DNA of 61,231 bases, counting the filler. It is 12 parts of 12 records of this genome, joined end to end, with 100 filler letters (N's around TTAATTAATTAA, not from the genome) between each part and the next. Parts side by side here need not be neighbours in the genome. Positions count along the whole stretch, not along the records: positions 54,156 to 61,231 come from SRR7504441_67541; 11 more parts are not named here. One strand, written 5' to 3'. The notes under the pieces are model-generated. The model worked only from the letters and a program-made list of their open reading frames with translations. It was not told the DNA's origin and did no database searches. The position numbers and the translations under genes were made by a program. This document shows, in pieces, positions 58,369 to 61,231 of this stretch (within the stretch, counting starts at the first letter, position 1; each line of letters starts with the position of its first letter).

Positions 58369-59940
58369 TCAATAATCACAACCATCGAAGAGCGTCCCCA
58401 TCTCGATGATCACGTCTGCTGACTTATTCACCCATGATAGACCATAACATCTAGAAAGATCAAGCTTTGGCAACGAGTTTAAGCAGCTCAAGCCCGTTAT
58501 CCTGTGCTGATCTGTATTGTGCATGTGCAGACTTTGCAGCTCGTGCAGTGACCCCAACGGCGTCACGTCCTTGACCCCCCTACAGCCACACAGGTCTAAT
58601 ACCAACAGACCGCAGCAGTGAGACAGCGCTGAAACGTCTTGGACAGCTGCACAATCTTCTAAGCTGAGTCGGGCCAGCATGGTTCCCAACTCAAGAGCCG
58701 ATATGTCGACTAATGACGCACATTTGATGATACTGAGCTTGCGAAGCCGCGGGAGAAGCGACGAGATACATTCCAAGCTGTGTAACTCAAAACCCGCCAG
58801 ACTCAGCGTTTCAAGTTGGGGCAGTCGATGCAGCTGATCTAGGCCATCAGGACAAGGCGAAGGTGGAGAGCTGTCATAGTACTGAGGGTTGTGTAGGCTG
58901 AGCTTTGTCAAATGTGGGAGCGCCGCATCTGTGATGATGGGCAGCTGGACTACAGTGCGAGCCTGCGCTTTGCTGGGCCGCAATGTGAGCATCGACAGCT
59001 GCCGGAGCTGTGCGATCTGACCCAGCGTCTTTGGGCTCCAATCGGTTATATCCAAGTAAGTGAGGTTCGGGCAGTGCTGGAGCGGCGCAGTCTTGCTCTC
59101 GGGGAACATCAGCGATTCAAGCTGCGGGATCCGCCGGAGCGAAGACAGGTCAACCGAACCCTCCTTCGAACGCCCAGTCACATGCAGCTTGAATCGCTTC
59201 AGGCGATTACAGCCTGATGAGATTTGCTCGGAAATACAATCAATGTGCCTCTTGACGGTATCGTAATCCGTTGTCACATACAGATCCTCCAGCTTGCGGA
59301 GTGACTGGAGACGGCTCCAACCACAGTCGGTTGACTGTTGGTCAGATGGACCAACCTTGAGCTTCAAGCTGACCAGTGAGGGTGTGCCCGGGCCAACAAG
59401 TGTCAGTGCATTAAAGACAGGGTTCGTGCCCAGTTCACACCCAATCTCCAGATGCTGCAGCCTCGGTAAGCTGAGGGGCCCTCCCTCCACCTCGGCCCCC
59501 CACTCGACACAGATCGAGCTCAGCGTGTCGGAGCTGAGGGTATCCAGTCGGTAGCGCCCCCCGAATCTCATTTCGAGCTTCTCGAGCGGCACCAGTGCGA
59601 GCGAGCTCAGGTCTACAAGGCGGTCCTTGGTACAGTGCCCAGTGCCGGTCAACCGGAGGCTGGTGAGTGCACACAGCCGGTCTTGTAGACGTGGAATGTT
59701 GTCCTCGATCCACCAAGGGCTAGTCTCGATGCAGGTGATCAGATATCTCGCGGCAACGTAGGCCAGGCGATGTTCAGGGACATAGGTCGTCTCATCGGCA
59801 TCGGAGCTGGTCGCGATACTGATACGGACGTGCTCTAGGCCCGCCAAGGTCTTGCAGCACGACGCGAGCATGCACAGGTGCAGATTGCTCGAAAGCCGGC
59901 TCGCGATCTCTCTCAGCACGTTATGGCCCAAGCCCAGCAT
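58369..59940 (-). CDS. Leucine-rich-repeat protein with F-box-like N-terminus; intronless
   Basis: LGHNVLREIASRL...LASCCKTL; repeated LxxLxLxxC...V.D.S.L. Confidence 0.85.
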   Translation of the reverse strand: MLGLGHNVLREIASRLSSNLHLCMLASCCKTLAGLEHVRISIATSSDADETTYVPEHRLAYVAARYLITCIETSPWWIEDNIPRLQDRLCALTSLRLTGTGHCTKDRLVDLSSLALVPLEKLEMRFGGRYRLDTLSSDTLSSICVEWGAEVEGGPLSLPRLQHLEIGCELGTNPVFNALTLVGPGTPSLVSLKLKVGPSDQQSTDCGWSRLQSLRKLEDLYVTTDYDTVKRHIDCISEQISSGCNRLKRFKLHVTGRSKEGSVDLSSLRRIPQLESLMFPESKTAPLQHCPNLTYLDITDWSPKTLGQIAQLRQLSMLTLRPSKAQARTVVQLPIITDAALPHLTKLSLHNPQYYDSSPPSPCPDGLDQLHRLPQLETLSLAGFELHSLECISSLLPRLRKLSIIKCASLVDISALELGTMLARLSLEDCAAVQDVSALSHCCGLLVLDLCGCRGVKDVTPLGSLHELQSLHMHNTDQHRITGLSCLNSLPKLDLSRCYGLSWVNKSADVIIEMGTLFDGCDY

Positions 59941-60188
59941 CGTGCTCAGCGTCCTTTGAGCGGAAGACAGCTGCAGCTCAACAGGACGACGCCTCCTCCG
60001 CGGGGCACAACCGTGGAGCTGGCCAGGCTGCCCAGCCTCACTGAGTTCGCACTCGACCTGGGCCTCGCACCGGAACAGTGCCGCAGCTGTAGGCCGTCAC
60101 CCACCGCCAAAATTCCTCCTCGAGAGCCGTTGCGGCGCGGTGTGTTGGCCTGAGCCGGCTTGTGTGATCGCCCGGGTTCTAGGTTGCA

Positions 60189-61040
60189 ATGGCGGGCTTG
60201 GCTACCGTGTCGCACTACGCGCTGCAAGCGCCCTGGTCTGGAGCCCCAGCAGGCTTCTCGCCGCGGAAGCACCGGAAGGAGGCCCAAAAGGAGTTCAGGT
60301 ATGCCGCGCCGGCGGCCCCCGGCCCGAGCCGCCGGCAGCTTCCACTTCACGATGGAGGAAGAGGGCAACGCGCCGCTGCCGGTCCGACCGTCCAACTTCC
60401 ACAACAGCGTGCAGTGCCTGAGGGACGCCACCCAGCACGCCGACGAACAAGTGCTCGAGTTGCCCGGTGGGCCGCCAGCCCTCGGGGCCACTCAACCGCC
60501 CGGCCAGATCCGGCTTCGGGGCGATACTACCGGCAGCACGCCTCGATGCCGCACAATCAGATGACCCCGGCTCGTCTGGCGGACGCGGTGTGCCGGGACG
60601 GGATCCAGGCGGCGCACACCGACAAGTTCCTGAGGAACTGCCACGGGATGCTCTCGCACCCCGGCGAGCAGCACCGGTGCCGCCCGGCTCGCCGCCCGCC
60701 CGACTGCGGGCGCAGGGCGCACCCTGGGCTGCCGCGGTTCATCAACGGCGACGCGCGGCGGACTCCGCTCGGCTCTTGCTCACGGAGAGTCGAGCTGCCA
60801 GGTGAGAGCCGTGCGGCGGGGGTGGGCTGACCGAGTGCAGGCCTAGAGATAGCGCGTCTGCCCAGCTGGACGCCCGGACAGGCTTGCTTGGATCTGGGCG
60901 GCACCCTGGACCACCGAGGCTCGTACTGCACGGATACCAAGACCGGGTTGCTGGTGGGAGTGCTAGACGATCGGAGGAAGATGCAACAGGAGGCCGACCA
61001 GCTGTGGATTGAGCAGAGCGAACAAAGGCGCGCCGCATGA
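60189..61040 (+). CDS. Hypothetical protein, about 5 short introns
   Basis: GT-AG introns of 33-41 nt give a continuous frame from MAGLATVSHY to EQRRAA-TGA. Confidence 0.55.
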
Positions 61041-61231
61041 ATGGCCAGTTCGAGCTTTGCGGGCTAAGCCGACCTAAATCATTAGTACCGTACATCAGTT
61101 ATTTATCCTGACGTGCCACGAAGATGTTTCAATTAATCATGATTAAAAATAGGAAGTGCTCATATGGAAGAAGGATTTCCTCTCACACCAAGTCCGTAGG
61201 CTAAGTCCGTTATTTAATAAAATAGAGGGAC

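Noticed and set aside
1-61231. Stop-codon reassignment or programmed frameshifting as the cause of fragmented ORFs
   Set aside because: Short introns explain the breaks, and TAA, TAG and TGA each end clear genes (P5 ATPase, GH-like gene, SPF45).
1-61231. CRISPR arrays, rRNA, tRNA, transposase or viral genes
   Set aside because: No repeat-spacer arrays, cloverleafs or hallmark motifs seen by eye. A covariance-model search was not possible.

Overview
This window is not one locus. It is 12 unordered contigs joined by 11 artificial 100-nt linkers (N44-TTAATTAATTAA-N44). The DNA is from a gene-dense, GC-rich eukaryote, probably a flagellated heterotrophic protist MAG/SAG; I cannot assign its taxonomy from the sequence. 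About 28 protein genes can be reconstructed, including a P5-type ATPase, SPF45, a DEAD-box helicase, PIG-S, a sulfatase, a CobW GTPase, a PNGase F-like protein, fimbrin, a BAG protein, a DENN-WD40 protein and LRR proteins. The genetic code is standard. I saw no rRNA, tRNA or CRISPR array. The strongest signal is the gene-expression grammar. (1) Introns cluster tightly at about 36-46 nt, have no polypyrimidine tract and a degenerate branch point, and reach about 17 per gene. (2) Roughly one in ten hand-placed introns appears to use a GC donor, often with no consensus beyond AG|GC. (3) A quasi-palindromic TACTCGTA octamer (12 copies) and dense GTAC clusters sit just downstream of stop codons. 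(4) Divergent genes start as little as 39 nt apart. Protein oddities include a membrane-anchored CobW, a ferric-reductase domain that keeps only one heme site, catalytically dead PPPDE-like and ADPRM-like domains, and a vitellogenin/MTP-like protein fused to a fascin-like domain. All gene models were built by hand and need RNA-seq confirmation.
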